Positions 32,801 to 41,506 of a stretch of DNA of 62,153 nucleotides are shown here, in pieces. The notes under the pieces are model-generated. The model was not told where the DNA came from. It did not search any database and saw only the letters and a program-made list of their open reading frames with translations. Within the stretch, counting starts at the first letter, position 1, and each line of letters starts with the position of its first letter. Both the position numbers and the translations under genes were made by a program. The DNA is from an uncultured Gammaproteobacteria bacterium (GTDB lineage Bacteria; Patescibacteriota; Microgenomatia; CAYQLK01): contig CAYOLO010000003.1 in assembly GCA_964404855.1 (NCBI GenBank), forward strand, positions 1 through 62,153. The letters run 5' to 3'.

Positions 32801-35265
32801 CAACTTATCAAGGCTATTTAGAAGAGTGGCAAAATGATTATGATACTGACGTAAAAGCAATTACTGGACAAAGTAATGAGGTTATTTTATTCCTTGACCA
32901 AATGAGTTCATATATGTCTTCTTATGCAAATGATGCAACATCAGAGATACCAATTTATCAGCTTTACGCAGCCGAAGATAATCCAGGGGAAATTGCCTTG
33001 GTTGCACCAAAATATTTCTTTAATTATTCTGATCGTCACCATTTGACCGGCGCAAGTTCCAGATGGCTTGGAGAATACTACGGAAAAGTTATGAAGCAAG
33101 TAGTAATAGATCATGAAGACTGGAGACCACTATCTCCAGATGTAGTTACCCGAAGTGGAAATATTATTTATGCAGACTTTCATGTACCTGAAGGAGAACT
33201 GGCTTTTGATACAACATTGGTTAGTCCGCGTACTAACTATGGATTTGAGTACTATGACACCACATCTTCTTCGACTATTAGCTCTGTGGAACTTCTTGAT
33301 TCAGACACGGTCAAGGTTACATTATCGGGTACCCCGACAGGTTCTAATCAAAGATTGAGGTATGCATATACAGGAGTTCCTGGAACTAATACAGGGGCAC
33401 AAAATGCAGGCTCGGCAGCTGGAAATCTGAGGGATACAGACCCATTTCCATCTTTGTACGGTAATACGCTTTATAACTGGTCTGTGCATTTTGACGAACC
33501 AATTATTGCTGATGCAACTGGACCTTCCAATTCAGGAATATCCACTACACCATCGATTAATAGTGTATCCATAGATTGGACGACAGACGAGAACGGAACG
33601 TCAATAGTCGATTATGGTTTGACTAATGCTTATTCAGTTTCGACCGCTGAAACAGACACAATCACTCGCGTGACTTCACATTCAAAATCTATCTCAAGCC
33701 TATTACCTTGTACCACATATCATTATCGGGTTCGTTCAAAAGACTCAGCACAAAATGAAGGTACTAGTTCTGATAACACATTTACCACTGCTGGATGTAC
33801 GGGGTCTGCGAGCGTAGAGTCTCAAACAGCTTCAACCGTTACAACTGGATCTGGTGGAACAATAGATTTACTTGATGATAGTAAAGGAATTACTTTGACT
33901 GTCCCAGCTTCTTTTGCAGGATCCGACGCTAATTTTCAAATAAAACTCCTTAATAAGACTGCAACAATTAATTCTACCTCCACACCAGCCGGTTATTCTA
34001 CAGTTGGCTCATACCTCTATGATTTGAGCGCTTTAAGTGGGGTTTCAACCACTATTTCGACTTTTGATAATCCATTAACGGTTGCTATGGCTTACGGCAC
34101 CTCTGATGTTTCAGGAATGGATGAATCTAGTCTAAAAATTTTCCGTTGGGACGGCAGTAGTTGGCACGAATTATCAGGTTGTGACGTAAATACGACAACA
34201 AAAACTGTCTCATGTACGACTACTGCTTTCTCTGTTTTTGGTCTTTTTGGACAAACAAACAATAGCTCTACCTCATCTAGTTCATCTTCTAACGGGAATT
34301 CTTCTACATCAGCAACAACTTGTGGAGATCAAGCACCTGGTTCTAAAGCGCCTTGGTTATATGGTGCTATAGCTGAAGATTCCAAAGTGTTGCTGTACTT
34401 TACTGAGGCTGATACCCCAGTAAATAAATATGTATTACAGTATGGAATAAAGTCGGGTGAATATCCATTTGGCGTTCAAGATATGGGTGTGAATTCCAGA
34501 GGCCAAATGACATTTTTAGTTAAGTCGTTGTCTCCGAACACAACTTATTATTTTAGAGTTCGAGGTGGAAATGGTTGCGCTGTAGGCTCTTGGTCTAACG
34601 AAATTTCAACTAAAACTAAGGGTGTTATTTCTTTTAATCAATTAGAAATTACAGACTCAGAATTAAATATAGCTGAACAATCAAAACCAACAGAGCCTTG
34701 TCAAACATATATTGTTAAATCCAACGATAGTTTATGGTCGATTGCTAAAAATGTGTTAGGGAATGGCAGTAGATATAAAGAAATTATTGAACAGAACAAG
34801 GATGAGTATAAATCACTTGCTACTTCAAACAGCTTAACGGTTGGCTGGAAATTGAAAGTCAATTGTGTAAAGCAAACATCCAAGAGTGACGATCAGAAAA
34901 CTGGCGAAAAAATGGAGAATGGTTATGAGCTAAAAATTAAAGTAGTCGACATAAATAAAAACGCCATTGAAGGTGCAAAGATTACAATCCATTCAAATAT
35001 ACAGGAAGCAATAACTGATAAGTACGGACTTGTTCACTTTAAAAATCTTGAGGCTGGAAATCATAAAGTTTTGATCGCTTATAAAGATTTTGAAGGCAAT
35101 CAAGTAATTAATTTAACTGGGGAGAATAATTTGTTTGATTTGACTGTAACCATACAAGAAAAACCTTTCACACTATCACCTCTAGCCTATGGAATTATCG
35201 TAGTTTTGGGCGTGATAATAGTTTTATTAACAATTCAGCTAGCAAAACTAAGAAGAAAGAAATAA
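29866..35265 (+). CDS. Large multidomain surface protein (FN3 repeats, SGNH/SASA acetylesterase-like, LysM, C-terminal TM)
   Basis: Signal-like segment, FN3 (WTAP..GG..ITDY...YNFRVKAVN), GQS...HGETD...DRHH, YIVKSNDSLWSIA, C-terminal TM plus KLRRKK; true start probably slightly downstream. Confidence 0.9.
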   Translation: MSVFLIMFQRLSPGSPIKIDEENKWSSRLLLNLILIFTLFLLNSIVLVTSARAETLLSDDFTGTTINSSNWTEVDAGGVGGTIGNIQQNGSLTATGSGTWGANYVVTDTTFDRSDGGLEMEVDITCVSGSIVGVGYGDPGVLTGGGQSYTLYSFGSAIYFSRQNANTNAENTSSGFSCTTGVTFHARITIGTTTGAALYINGSGSPAVTLTGGTFNNKGFFLTGHSGTATTLDNFVVNGAANTAPDAPTDLIATPTSTQMALTWTAPVDNGGSAITDYIVEYKLSSEPTTWTTFSDGISTSTSAVVTGLTNGSLYNFRVKAVNSVGTGSASSTVNATPALSTPSAPQSLSATNNESNQSTLTWSAPLSDGGTSITDYVIEYKLNSEPTTWTTFSDGISTSTSAVVTGLTNGSLYNFRVKAVNSVGTGSASSTVNATPAFVTFSDDFTGTTIDTDKWDEDDADGLGGTIGSVAQDDTLDITPNNGSWSSQDGVSTVDTFDRTEGDVSMTVSVSRNSCGSGVGPVAFGYGDINFTTAGSSSYILLSNGASWEIYYWNNGGNQSGSPQTIVGLSSCTNGVPITFELVALQAGGAKVYVNGSDTASATIAGGTFTNKSFWIGGYQSGGVVSYDDVSIIEPATGPLAPTGLSGTAGEGQVSLSWTSGGDNGDPITDYVVEYKLSTAGSWSTFADGTSATTSAIVTGLTNGSLYNFRVKAVNGNGTSDPSSTANATPVSATPAAPTASSVSITGSASLGELLTGTYTYNDANGNTEATSTFRWLRADSADGSYSSIPSATSINYTVTSNDLTKYLKFEVTPVSNTSPATGDPALSSATSQVSEIDYINQILSTGQSLSVGVASTPALTTTQPYSNLMLSGGVGGLGTGTSFTPLLESSVETISSAMANTITANDIGNDFDVAVGLHGVSGYTYSQLKKGTGPYSNGMTQVTNTKNAANALGRTSRVIGVTTIHGETDNLNGVTGPTYQGYLEEWQNDYDTDVKAITGQSNEVILFLDQMSSYMSSYANDATSEIPIYQLYAAEDNPGEIALVAPKYFFNYSDRHHLTGASSRWLGEYYGKVMKQVVIDHEDWRPLSPDVVTRSGNIIYADFHVPEGELAFDTTLVSPRTNYGFEYYDTTSSSTISSVELLDSDTVKVTLSGTPTGSNQRLRYAYTGVPGTNTGAQNAGSAAGNLRDTDPFPSLYGNTLYNWSVHFDEPIIADATGPSNSGISTTPSINSVSIDWTTDENGTSIVDYGLTNAYSVSTAETDTITRVTSHSKSISSLLPCTTYHYRVRSKDSAQNEGTSSDNTFTTAGCTGSASVESQTASTVTTGSGGTIDLLDDSKGITLTVPASFAGSDANFQIKLLNKTATINSTSTPAGYSTVGSYLYDLSALSGVSTTISTFDNPLTVAMAYGTSDVSGMDESSLKIFRWDGSSWHELSGCDVNTTTKTVSCTTTAFSVFGLFGQTNNSSTSSSSSSNGNSSTSATTCGDQAPGSKAPWLYGAIAEDSKVLLYFTEADTPVNKYVLQYGIKSGEYPFGVQDMGVNSRGQMTFLVKSLSPNTTYYFRVRGGNGCAVGSWSNEISTKTKGVISFNQLEITDSELNIAEQSKPTEPCQTYIVKSNDSLWSIAKNVLGNGSRYKEIIEQNKDEYKSLATSNSLTVGWKLKVNCVKQTSKSDDQKTGEKMENGYELKIKVVDINKNAIEGAKITIHSNIQEAITDKYGLVHFKNLEAGNHKVLIAYKDFEGNQVINLTGENNLFDLTVTIQEKPFTLSPLAYGIIVVLGVIIVLLTIQLAKLRRKK
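30721..31178 (+). repeat. 161-bp exact intragenic duplication (30721-30881 and 31018-31178)
   Basis: Identical by eye, offset 297 nt (99 codons); third 41-bp copy 31969-32009. Confidence 0.9.
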
Positions 35266-35304
35266 TTCGATAATAAATATAGGCTATAATTCGCTCAATA
35301 ATTT

Positions 35305-35376
35305 GCCGAGGTGGCTCAGTGGTAGAGCGGCTGTTTCGTAAACAGTAGGTCGTGAGTCCGATTCTCACCCTCGGCT
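35305..35376 (+). tRNA. tRNA-Thr(CGT), non-canonical T loop TCCGATT
   Basis: GCCGAGG/CCTCGGC, GCTGT-TTCGTAA-ACAGT; TATAAT upstream. Confidence 0.93.
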
Positions 35377-35390
35377 CTCAACAGTAAAAC

Positions 35391-35470
35391 AAACAGTAGG
35401 TCGTGAGTTCGATCCTGAAAGGAAAAGGGTGAAGGTGCCAATTTGAAGCACTTATTCTCACCTTCGACTC
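35391..35470 (+). pseudogene. Degenerate copy of tRNA-Thr 3' half with ~40-nt insertion in the T loop
   Basis: 35391-35413 matches 35340-35362 (22/23); 35454-35470 matches 35361-35377 (15/17). Confidence 0.75.
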
Positions 35471-35510
35471 AGACGCGAAGTACAAATAAGATTGAGGTAT
35501 AATTTCACTA

Positions 35511-36233
35511 ATGAAAAAATATAGAAACCGAAGAGTAAGTAATGTTCAAGAAAAGGCCATCTATAGGAAGTTTTTTCTGACAATTATTGCGTCGGTAGTT
35601 ATTTTGGTCGTACTGGTAATGTTCGGCGTACCAGTACTAGCAAAGCTTGCTAGTCTAATTAATGGAAACGATACTTCTCTAGGTAACACCACAGGCAAGT
35701 TTGACAATATTTCCCCAAGCTCACCTTCATTTGACTATGTAAACAACGCAACTAATTCTGCTAGTTTGGATCTTACTGGTATTGCAGAGGCAGGTAGCAC
35801 AATTGTATTGTCGCTAAACGGCAAGGAAACTGAAAAATTGACAGATTCTAGTGGAAATTTTGAATTTTTGAACTTTAAGATTCTTGAGGGCAAAAACAAT
35901 ATTATTGGCTATGCTCGCGACGAGTCAGAGAATAAATCAAGCGAAAAGGCTATTTCGGTTTTATTGGATACAAAACCACCAAAATTGGAGATAATTTCAC
36001 CTGATTCAGCTGAAAAACAAATTACAGGCGGTGAGGCAAAAATTGAAATCAAAGGTAAGACCGACGAAATAACTAGCGTAAAACTTAACTTACTTAGAAC
36101 ATCTGTGGATGATAATGGCGAGTTTACCTATAAATATCCGCTCAAAGAAGGCGATAACGAAATCAAAATATCAGTTGAGGATCAGGCTGGAAATAAAACA
36201 GAAAAAATATTTAAGATTAACTACCGCAAGTAG
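35511..36233 (+). CDS. Membrane-anchored Ig-like domain protein
   Basis: N-terminal TM; two Ig-like repeats (LDTKPPKLEI, LKEGDNEIKISVEDQAGN). Confidence 0.8.
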   Translation: MKKYRNRRVSNVQEKAIYRKFFLTIIASVVILVVLVMFGVPVLAKLASLINGNDTSLGNTTGKFDNISPSSPSFDYVNNATNSASLDLTGIAEAGSTIVLSLNGKETEKLTDSSGNFEFLNFKILEGKNNIIGYARDESENKSSEKAISVLLDTKPPKLEIISPDSAEKQITGGEAKIEIKGKTDEITSVKLNLLRTSVDDNGEFTYKYPLKEGDNEIKISVEDQAGNKTEKIFKINYRK

Positions 36234-36236
36234 GAA

Positions 36237-37289
36237 TTAAAAAATCCAATAACCCGAAACAAATAGGCTCAAAAAAACAGCTTGTAAAAAAATTACAACT
36301 GGCAGATAAACATATTTTACCTTTGGTAATTGAATTAAGTAAGTAATTAGTACAAAAAATGGATAGGCTGAAAGCAAATATCTAGGATAACTATCCAAAC
36401 TTCCAGTAAAAATCGGAAAGATTAATAAAATAAGCAGATAGTACTTATCAAAAGTGTTTAGTTTGTGCCTAAAATACTTAAATATTACCAAGGCAAAAAC
36501 TGCGAAAACTAAATTATTAATTGCCACAAATCCAAGGTAGTCAAATTGAAGCGTAAGTTTTGGAACTTGAAACCTTTGCCAAAAAACTTGAGCTTCGACA
36601 AAACCCAAATAGCTCCCAAAATAGATTTTTTGTATTGCCAAAAACATTAATATTGGCACTAACGATGACATGGATAGGGTTAATTTTTGTATTAAACTCA
36701 TCCGAAGCCTTACTGTCCAAATAATAATTAGGATTAAAAATATAATCCCCTGCGCCCGAGTAACAGAAGCAAGTGAAGCGAAAACAACGGCGGGAAAATA
36801 TTCGCGTCTTACAAAAAATAAATAAGCTGACCCGCAAGTCAGAGCTAGAAATAAACTTTCTGGATATAAACACACAAAAATAAAAGCACTCGGGAAGGTC
36901 AAAACAGATAATGATATTATTTTCTCTTGTTTTACATAACTGACTCTGCAGTATTTTTGTAAAAAATGTAAAAACAGCACTAAAAAAACAAAACTAAAAC
37001 TGATTCCCAAAAAAACTGGATTAATTATTATTGAAAAAGTCTTTATTAATCCTGGATAAAGTGGGAAAAATGCGAACAAATGCTCATAGATATAACCATT
37101 TTGAATAATCTGAAGATAGTTTCCTCCATCCCACTGCGAAAGCATCGCTGCAAACTGAAAGATAATTGACTGATTGTTGTTTGTGAAAAAAATTCCCCCA
37201 TTGTCTCGGTAGTTAGATGTTAAATAAATTAAAATTAAAGCGCAAAATAACCCAGAAACCCAAAAAAATAATAGCTTACTTTCTTTCAT
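36237..37289 (-). CDS. GT-C mannosyltransferase (PIG-V-like)
   Basis: QWDGGNYLQI, AFFPLYP, YPESLFL, SYPRY; multi-TM. Confidence 0.8.
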   Translation of the reverse strand: MKESKLLFFWVSGLFCALILIYLTSNYRDNGGIFFTNNNQSIIFQFAAMLSQWDGGNYLQIIQNGYIYEHLFAFFPLYPGLIKTFSIIINPVFLGISFSFVFLVLFLHFLQKYCRVSYVKQEKIISLSVLTFPSAFIFVCLYPESLFLALTCGSAYLFFVRREYFPAVVFASLASVTRAQGIIFLILIIIWTVRLRMSLIQKLTLSMSSLVPILMFLAIQKIYFGSYLGFVEAQVFWQRFQVPKLTLQFDYLGFVAINNLVFAVFALVIFKYFRHKLNTFDKYYLLILLIFPIFTGSLDSYPRYLLSAYPFFVLITYLIQLPKVKYVYLPVVIFLQAVFLSLFVSGYWIF

Positions 37290-38508
37290 TAATGATCGCC
37301 AAAACGACTAAATAACAAGGAATAATTAATGGATAAAGAAGCAGATTATTAAAGTTCGAACCAATGATTAAGGCCAGTATTATTGATGAAAAAATATAAC
37401 TTTCTTTAGTTTTTCTTCGAAAACCTTTTATTATTGAGTAAATAAACAACCCAATAAAACTAATTAGTCCTAATATTCCAGTTGTTGAAAAGATTAATAG
37501 AATAGACGAATCTGCTCCAAATGAAGAATTTTTTTGTTCTATATTATTTACGTTATTTTTGTAATATGAGTAATTATTATATCCAATTCCAATAATTGGG
37601 CTTTTTGCACCAATCTTAATTGACTCTGACCAAGAAATTAACCTTGCACTCGCGGTGATATCGGGATTAATAATTCCTAAGAGACGGACTCTAATTGGTG
37701 CAAATGAAAGTGCGACAATTACCATTGCCAACATCGAAACTATTAGTGTTTTACGGTAAAAACGAATTCCAACCAAAAATACCAAAACCGCTAAACTTAC
37801 TAAGCCCGAACGAGAAAATGTTAGTAATATTCCAAAAACAATAATAGTTAATAAGCTTATTTGGGCGATTTTTCGATCTTTGGAATTAAGCTTGCTGTTT
37901 AATTGTGATAAAAGTGCTGCGAGACTAATAATTAGAAATCCAGACAGGAAGTTAGGGTCTAACCATGTTGAGACCATGCGATTTCGGTGCGGATCCCACC
38001 CATATTGAGCCAAAAATCCAATATCTGGGATTACAATTAGTTGAATAAATCCCAAAACTGAGATAAACCCACCGACGAGCACGATAATATCGATTAACTT
38101 AGCCTTAGAAACTTTTTGAATAAATAGATAGACGCTTGGGTACAGACCAAAATAAATTAACAGCCGTAAAAAATGAATTAGCCCAGTTAAAACCTCTAAT
38201 TTGAGGCTAAAATAGCTAACGGTTAGAGAAACCAAGTTCACCAAAACAAAAATTAAGAATATTTTTATAGGAAAACTACTAAATAGTTTGGAGGGAAAAA
38301 CAAACAGACTAGAAATTACTGTAAAAACCACAATAATATCCAATATTCTGATGCTGCCAAAACCATTGATGGACAGACGTGGAATCTCGCCTAGTGTAAG
38401 CACGAAAAAGCACAAAATTAATAGGATGTGATTTGTAAGATAAATTTTATCTTTAAGAGTAGGAACCTTTGCCATAGTTTTTGTTAAAAAAATCTTTCCA
38501 AGCGACAA
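37276..38508 (-). CDS. O-antigen ligase/polymerase family protein
   Basis: RMVSTWLDPNFLSGFL, LTFSRSG, RLISW, PIIGIGYNNY. Confidence 0.85.
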   Translation of the reverse strand: MSLGKIFLTKTMAKVPTLKDKIYLTNHILLILCFFVLTLGEIPRLSINGFGSIRILDIIVVFTVISSLFVFPSKLFSSFPIKIFLIFVLVNLVSLTVSYFSLKLEVLTGLIHFLRLLIYFGLYPSVYLFIQKVSKAKLIDIIVLVGGFISVLGFIQLIVIPDIGFLAQYGWDPHRNRMVSTWLDPNFLSGFLIISLAALLSQLNSKLNSKDRKIAQISLLTIIVFGILLTFSRSGLVSLAVLVFLVGIRFYRKTLIVSMLAMVIVALSFAPIRVRLLGIINPDITASARLISWSESIKIGAKSPIIGIGYNNYSYYKNNVNNIEQKNSSFGADSSILLIFSTTGILGLISFIGLFIYSIIKGFRRKTKESYIFSSIILALIIGSNFNNLLLYPLIIPCYLVVLAIINERK

Positions 38509-39319
38509 GCAACATTTTGAATGCCATTCTCTTGCGTGGTGATGGTTTTGTTATTAAATTAAGACTTCTTTTTAGTGATAGTAGTAGCATATAGATAATA
38601 TTGAGCCTAAGTTGGTGTAGTTTTTGGGCGAGATAAAGATTGTTTCTGGTTTGGAAATATATTTGAACTGGTCCATTATCGTGACCAGTAGTAGAGTGAG
38701 CGTAGTGCATAATTTTTAAACGAGGTTCAACAAACAAATCCATACTCACTGCTGCCCTAATTGACCAATCTACATCTTCATAATAAAGAAAATAATTTTC
38801 ATCAAACCCACCAGATTTAATCCAATTTTTGGCCGAAATAATGATGCAACAACCAGTTAAAAATTCGCTTTTTACTCGACTGTTAATGTTTTTTTGTAAG
38901 GTTTCTGGCCTACAAATGCGTCTATTAAAAGTAGCACCAGAAAACCAAATTGATCGCTTCTCGTCGATAATTAGCGGACAGAGGGCAATATTTTTTTCAA
39001 AGTCCAGTTTAATTTTTACTAAGTTCTTAATAAATTTTGGCTCAAGAACTGTGTCGTTATTAAGAAAAATTAAATTTTTGCTAGATTTTGCTGCAACATT
39101 GGCTAAATAGTTGCAGGCAGTGGCAAAACCTGAGTTTATACCTGTACCAAAAACCTTTGCCTTCTTATCATATTTTGAAAGCTTGGGAGAGTTGTCATAG
39201 ACAAATATTTCTATTTTTAATGACGAAACTGCGGCCTGCTTTATAATCGACTGAATACACCGATTGGTGTCTTTGGGATTTTTGTATGTGACTAATAAAA
39301 ATGCAAAATCGTTTTTCAT
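38453..39319 (-). CDS. GT2 family glycosyltransferase
   Basis: VYDNS, NSGFATACN, FLNNDT, TGCC, FDENYFLYYEDVDW. Confidence 0.92.
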   Translation of the reverse strand: MKNDFAFLLVTYKNPKDTNRCIQSIIKQAAVSSLKIEIFVYDNSPKLSKYDKKAKVFGTGINSGFATACNYLANVAAKSSKNLIFLNNDTVLEPKFIKNLVKIKLDFEKNIALCPLIIDEKRSIWFSGATFNRRICRPETLQKNINSRVKSEFLTGCCIIISAKNWIKSGGFDENYFLYYEDVDWSIRAAVSMDLFVEPRLKIMHYAHSTTGHDNGPVQIYFQTRNNLYLAQKLHQLRLNIIYMLLLSLKRSLNLITKPSPRKRMAFKMLLVAWKDFFNKNYGKGSYS

Positions 39320-39396
39320 TACTGTGATTATATAGTTTGTATGTTGTGAATATTATGGTCATTATATGGATAGGCTATTTTTGCTAAAATCAACTA

Positions 39397-39969
39397 ATGA
39401 GTCAGCAGACCCTTAACGCTATTTTGGCTTTTCTAAGAGACATTATTGAAACCGTAATAATTGCAGCAGTAATTTTCTTTATATTGAACCTGTTTATTAT
39501 CCAACCACATAGAATCAAGGGTGCTTCGATGGAGCCTAATTTTCATGATGGTGAATTAATACTTACTCAAAAGATTTCATACTTGTTTGGCAAACCAGAG
39601 TCTGGCGATGTCGTGGTTTTTAAGGCGCCGAAAGCTCCAAAGTTTGATTTTATTAAAAGAATCGTTGGTACACCGAACCAAAAAATATTATTGCAAGATG
39701 GTAAAGTGTTTGTAGATAGTCATGAGATCGACCTGACAAAGTTTACCGACAAGCCGGCTTTAACATTAAAGGAAGGTTTTATTAAAGAAGGTCAGGAATA
39801 CGTGATTCCTGAGGGGGAGTATTTTGTACTTGGAGATAATCGCGACCACAGTTCTGATTCTCGTGATTGGGGAACAGTCAAAGAAAGTGAAATTAGCGGA
39901 AAAGCGTGGGTCGTATACTGGCCACTATTTAAGTCAGAATTATTTGCCGGCCTTAGACTGGTGAAATAA
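39397..39969 (+). CDS. lepB: Signal peptidase I
   Basis: GASMEPNF, FIKRIVG, FVLGDNRDHSSDSRDWG. Confidence 0.96.
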   Translation: MSQQTLNAILAFLRDIIETVIIAAVIFFILNLFIIQPHRIKGASMEPNFHDGELILTQKISYLFGKPESGDVVVFKAPKAPKFDFIKRIVGTPNQKILLQDGKVFVDSHEIDLTKFTDKPALTLKEGFIKEGQEYVIPEGEYFVLGDNRDHSSDSRDWGTVKESEISGKAWVVYWPLFKSELFAGLRLVK

Positions 39970-39973
39970 AAAA

Positions 39974-40810
39974 TTAGGAAATCTTTAAAATCGCATCGGA
40001 GATACGGCTCAGTACGTCGGATGTAAGATCGGTTTTACCCTTAATAACAATTTGGATTCTAGCCTCAACTCTACTTTGAGTTAGTTTGACCTTGGCTTTG
40101 GAGCTACTTAGATTAACAAGTTTTTCGGTAAGATTGGCCTGAAGTGTTTCTATTTCGTCTGAGTGTCTGGCAGCGATTGATGTGCGTGTTTTGGGCTCGA
40201 TACTATTATCGGCTTTTAGCTTGCGTGTAAGCTCCTCTGTAGCGCGAACAGAGAGGTTTTTGGCAAGGACTTGGCGATAGGCCTCAATAATCAAATGAGA
40301 ATCCTCCAAAGAAGCCAAAGCTCTTGCATGGCCTTCTGTGGTTGCTCCACTAGCTAAAGCGTCTTTTAGCGCATCTGGAAGGCTTAAAAGTCGTATTGTG
40401 TTACTGATATAGGAGGGAGATTTACCGACTCTTTTGGCTATCTCTTGATTACTTAAGTTAAACTCTTCCATTAGGCGCATATAAGCCTTAGATCTCTCGA
40501 GAGGATTAAGGTCGATTCTTTGAACATTCTCAACAATCGCCATTTCCAACATTCCTTGAGGGGTGGTGATTTTGATACTAACTGGAACCTGAGCTAAACC
40601 TGCAATTTTTGATGCCCGCCAACGTCTTTCTCCGGCAATAATTTGATAACCAGCTGGTGTTTGTGCCACGATTATTGGCTCAAGTACACCATGCTCACGA
40701 ATAGAATCAACGAGTTCGACCAGTGATTCTGGAGTAATGATTCCGCGGGGTTGTAGTGGATTAGGTTGAAGAAGGTTGATGTCTAGCTCGGTCTGGTTCG
40801 ACTCTGCCAT
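39974..40810 (-). CDS. parB: ParB/Spo0J partition protein
   Basis: PNPLQPR, IIAGERRWRA, ENVQRIDLNPLE, HTH. Confidence 0.95.
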   Translation of the reverse strand: MAESNQTELDINLLQPNPLQPRGIITPESLVELVDSIREHGVLEPIIVAQTPAGYQIIAGERRWRASKIAGLAQVPVSIKITTPQGMLEMAIVENVQRIDLNPLERSKAYMRLMEEFNLSNQEIAKRVGKSPSYISNTIRLLSLPDALKDALASGATTEGHARALASLEDSHLIIEAYRQVLAKNLSVRATEELTRKLKADNSIEPKTRTSIAARHSDEIETLQANLTEKLVNLSSSKAKVKLTQSRVEARIQIVIKGKTDLTSDVLSRISDAILKIS

Positions 40811-40811
40811 A

Positions 40812-41081
40812 TTAATTCTTGCTTACTACGGCTTTTTCAATGACGCTAACTAATTTGCGCCCACGACGGACTGAAAAGTTAACTACACCTGATGTTAATG
40901 CATAAAGTGTAAAGTCATTACCAACACCAACATTAAGTCCAGGGTGAAACTTAGTGCCTTTTTGTCTGACAAGAATATTGCCGGATATTACCTGTTGCCC
41001 ACCATACCTCTTAACTCCAAGTCTTTTAGAGATACTGTCCTTATTTCCTCTGGTTGTTCCGCCGCCTTTTTTGTGTGCCAT
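40812..41081 (-). CDS. rpmA: 50S ribosomal protein L27
   Basis: [24 protein letters not shown]. Confidence 0.98.
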   Translation of the reverse strand: MAHKKGGGTTRGNKDSISKRLGVKRYGGQQVISGNILVRQKGTKFHPGLNVGVGNDFTLYALTSGVVNFSVRRGRKLVSVIEKAVVSKN

Positions 41082-41132
41082 ATGTTGTTTGAAATTTTAG
41101 TTTCTTTTCACGCCTTTAGTCAAGTGTGAAAA

Positions 41133-41441
41133 TTATGAAATTTTGGTGACTTTTAATAATGTTTTTGGCTGTCTGTGCCCATTACGCCTGCGATATCTTG
41201 CTTTTGAACGAAATTTCAAAACCAAAACCTTATTTTCTTTAAATTGTTTAACAACTTCGACTTCTACGGAAGCATCTTTAATAAAAGGTGTGCCAAAAGT
41301 ATATTTTTGACCATCAGAGACTGCTAAAACTTCTGTTAGTTTTAGATTTTTCTCTTTTGTGTCTATTTTTTCAGATTTTATAGTGTCTCCGACAGAAACC
41401 AAAAACTGCTTACCGCCGGTAATAATTACTGCTTTTTGCAT
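41133..41441 (-). CDS. rplU: 50S ribosomal protein L21
   Basis: AVIITGGKQFLV, GHRQ; start ATG 41441 because track start lies within the promoter. Confidence 0.96.
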   Translation of the reverse strand: MQKAVIITGGKQFLVSVGDTIKSEKIDTKEKNLKLTEVLAVSDGQKYTFGTPFIKDASVEVEVVKQFKENKVLVLKFRSKARYRRRNGHRQPKTLLKVTKIS

Positions 41442-41461
41442 AATAATTGTAACGAGAGGGT

Positions 41462-41490
41462 ATTTTAGTGTAGACACAATTGTGTGTCAA
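41462..41490 (-). promoter_or_regulatory. rplU-rpmA promoter with palindromic spacer
   Basis: TTGACA-17-TAAAAT; ACACAATTGTGT palindrome. Confidence 0.75.
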
Positions 41491-41506
41491 GGCTAAAAAT
41501 ATTGAC

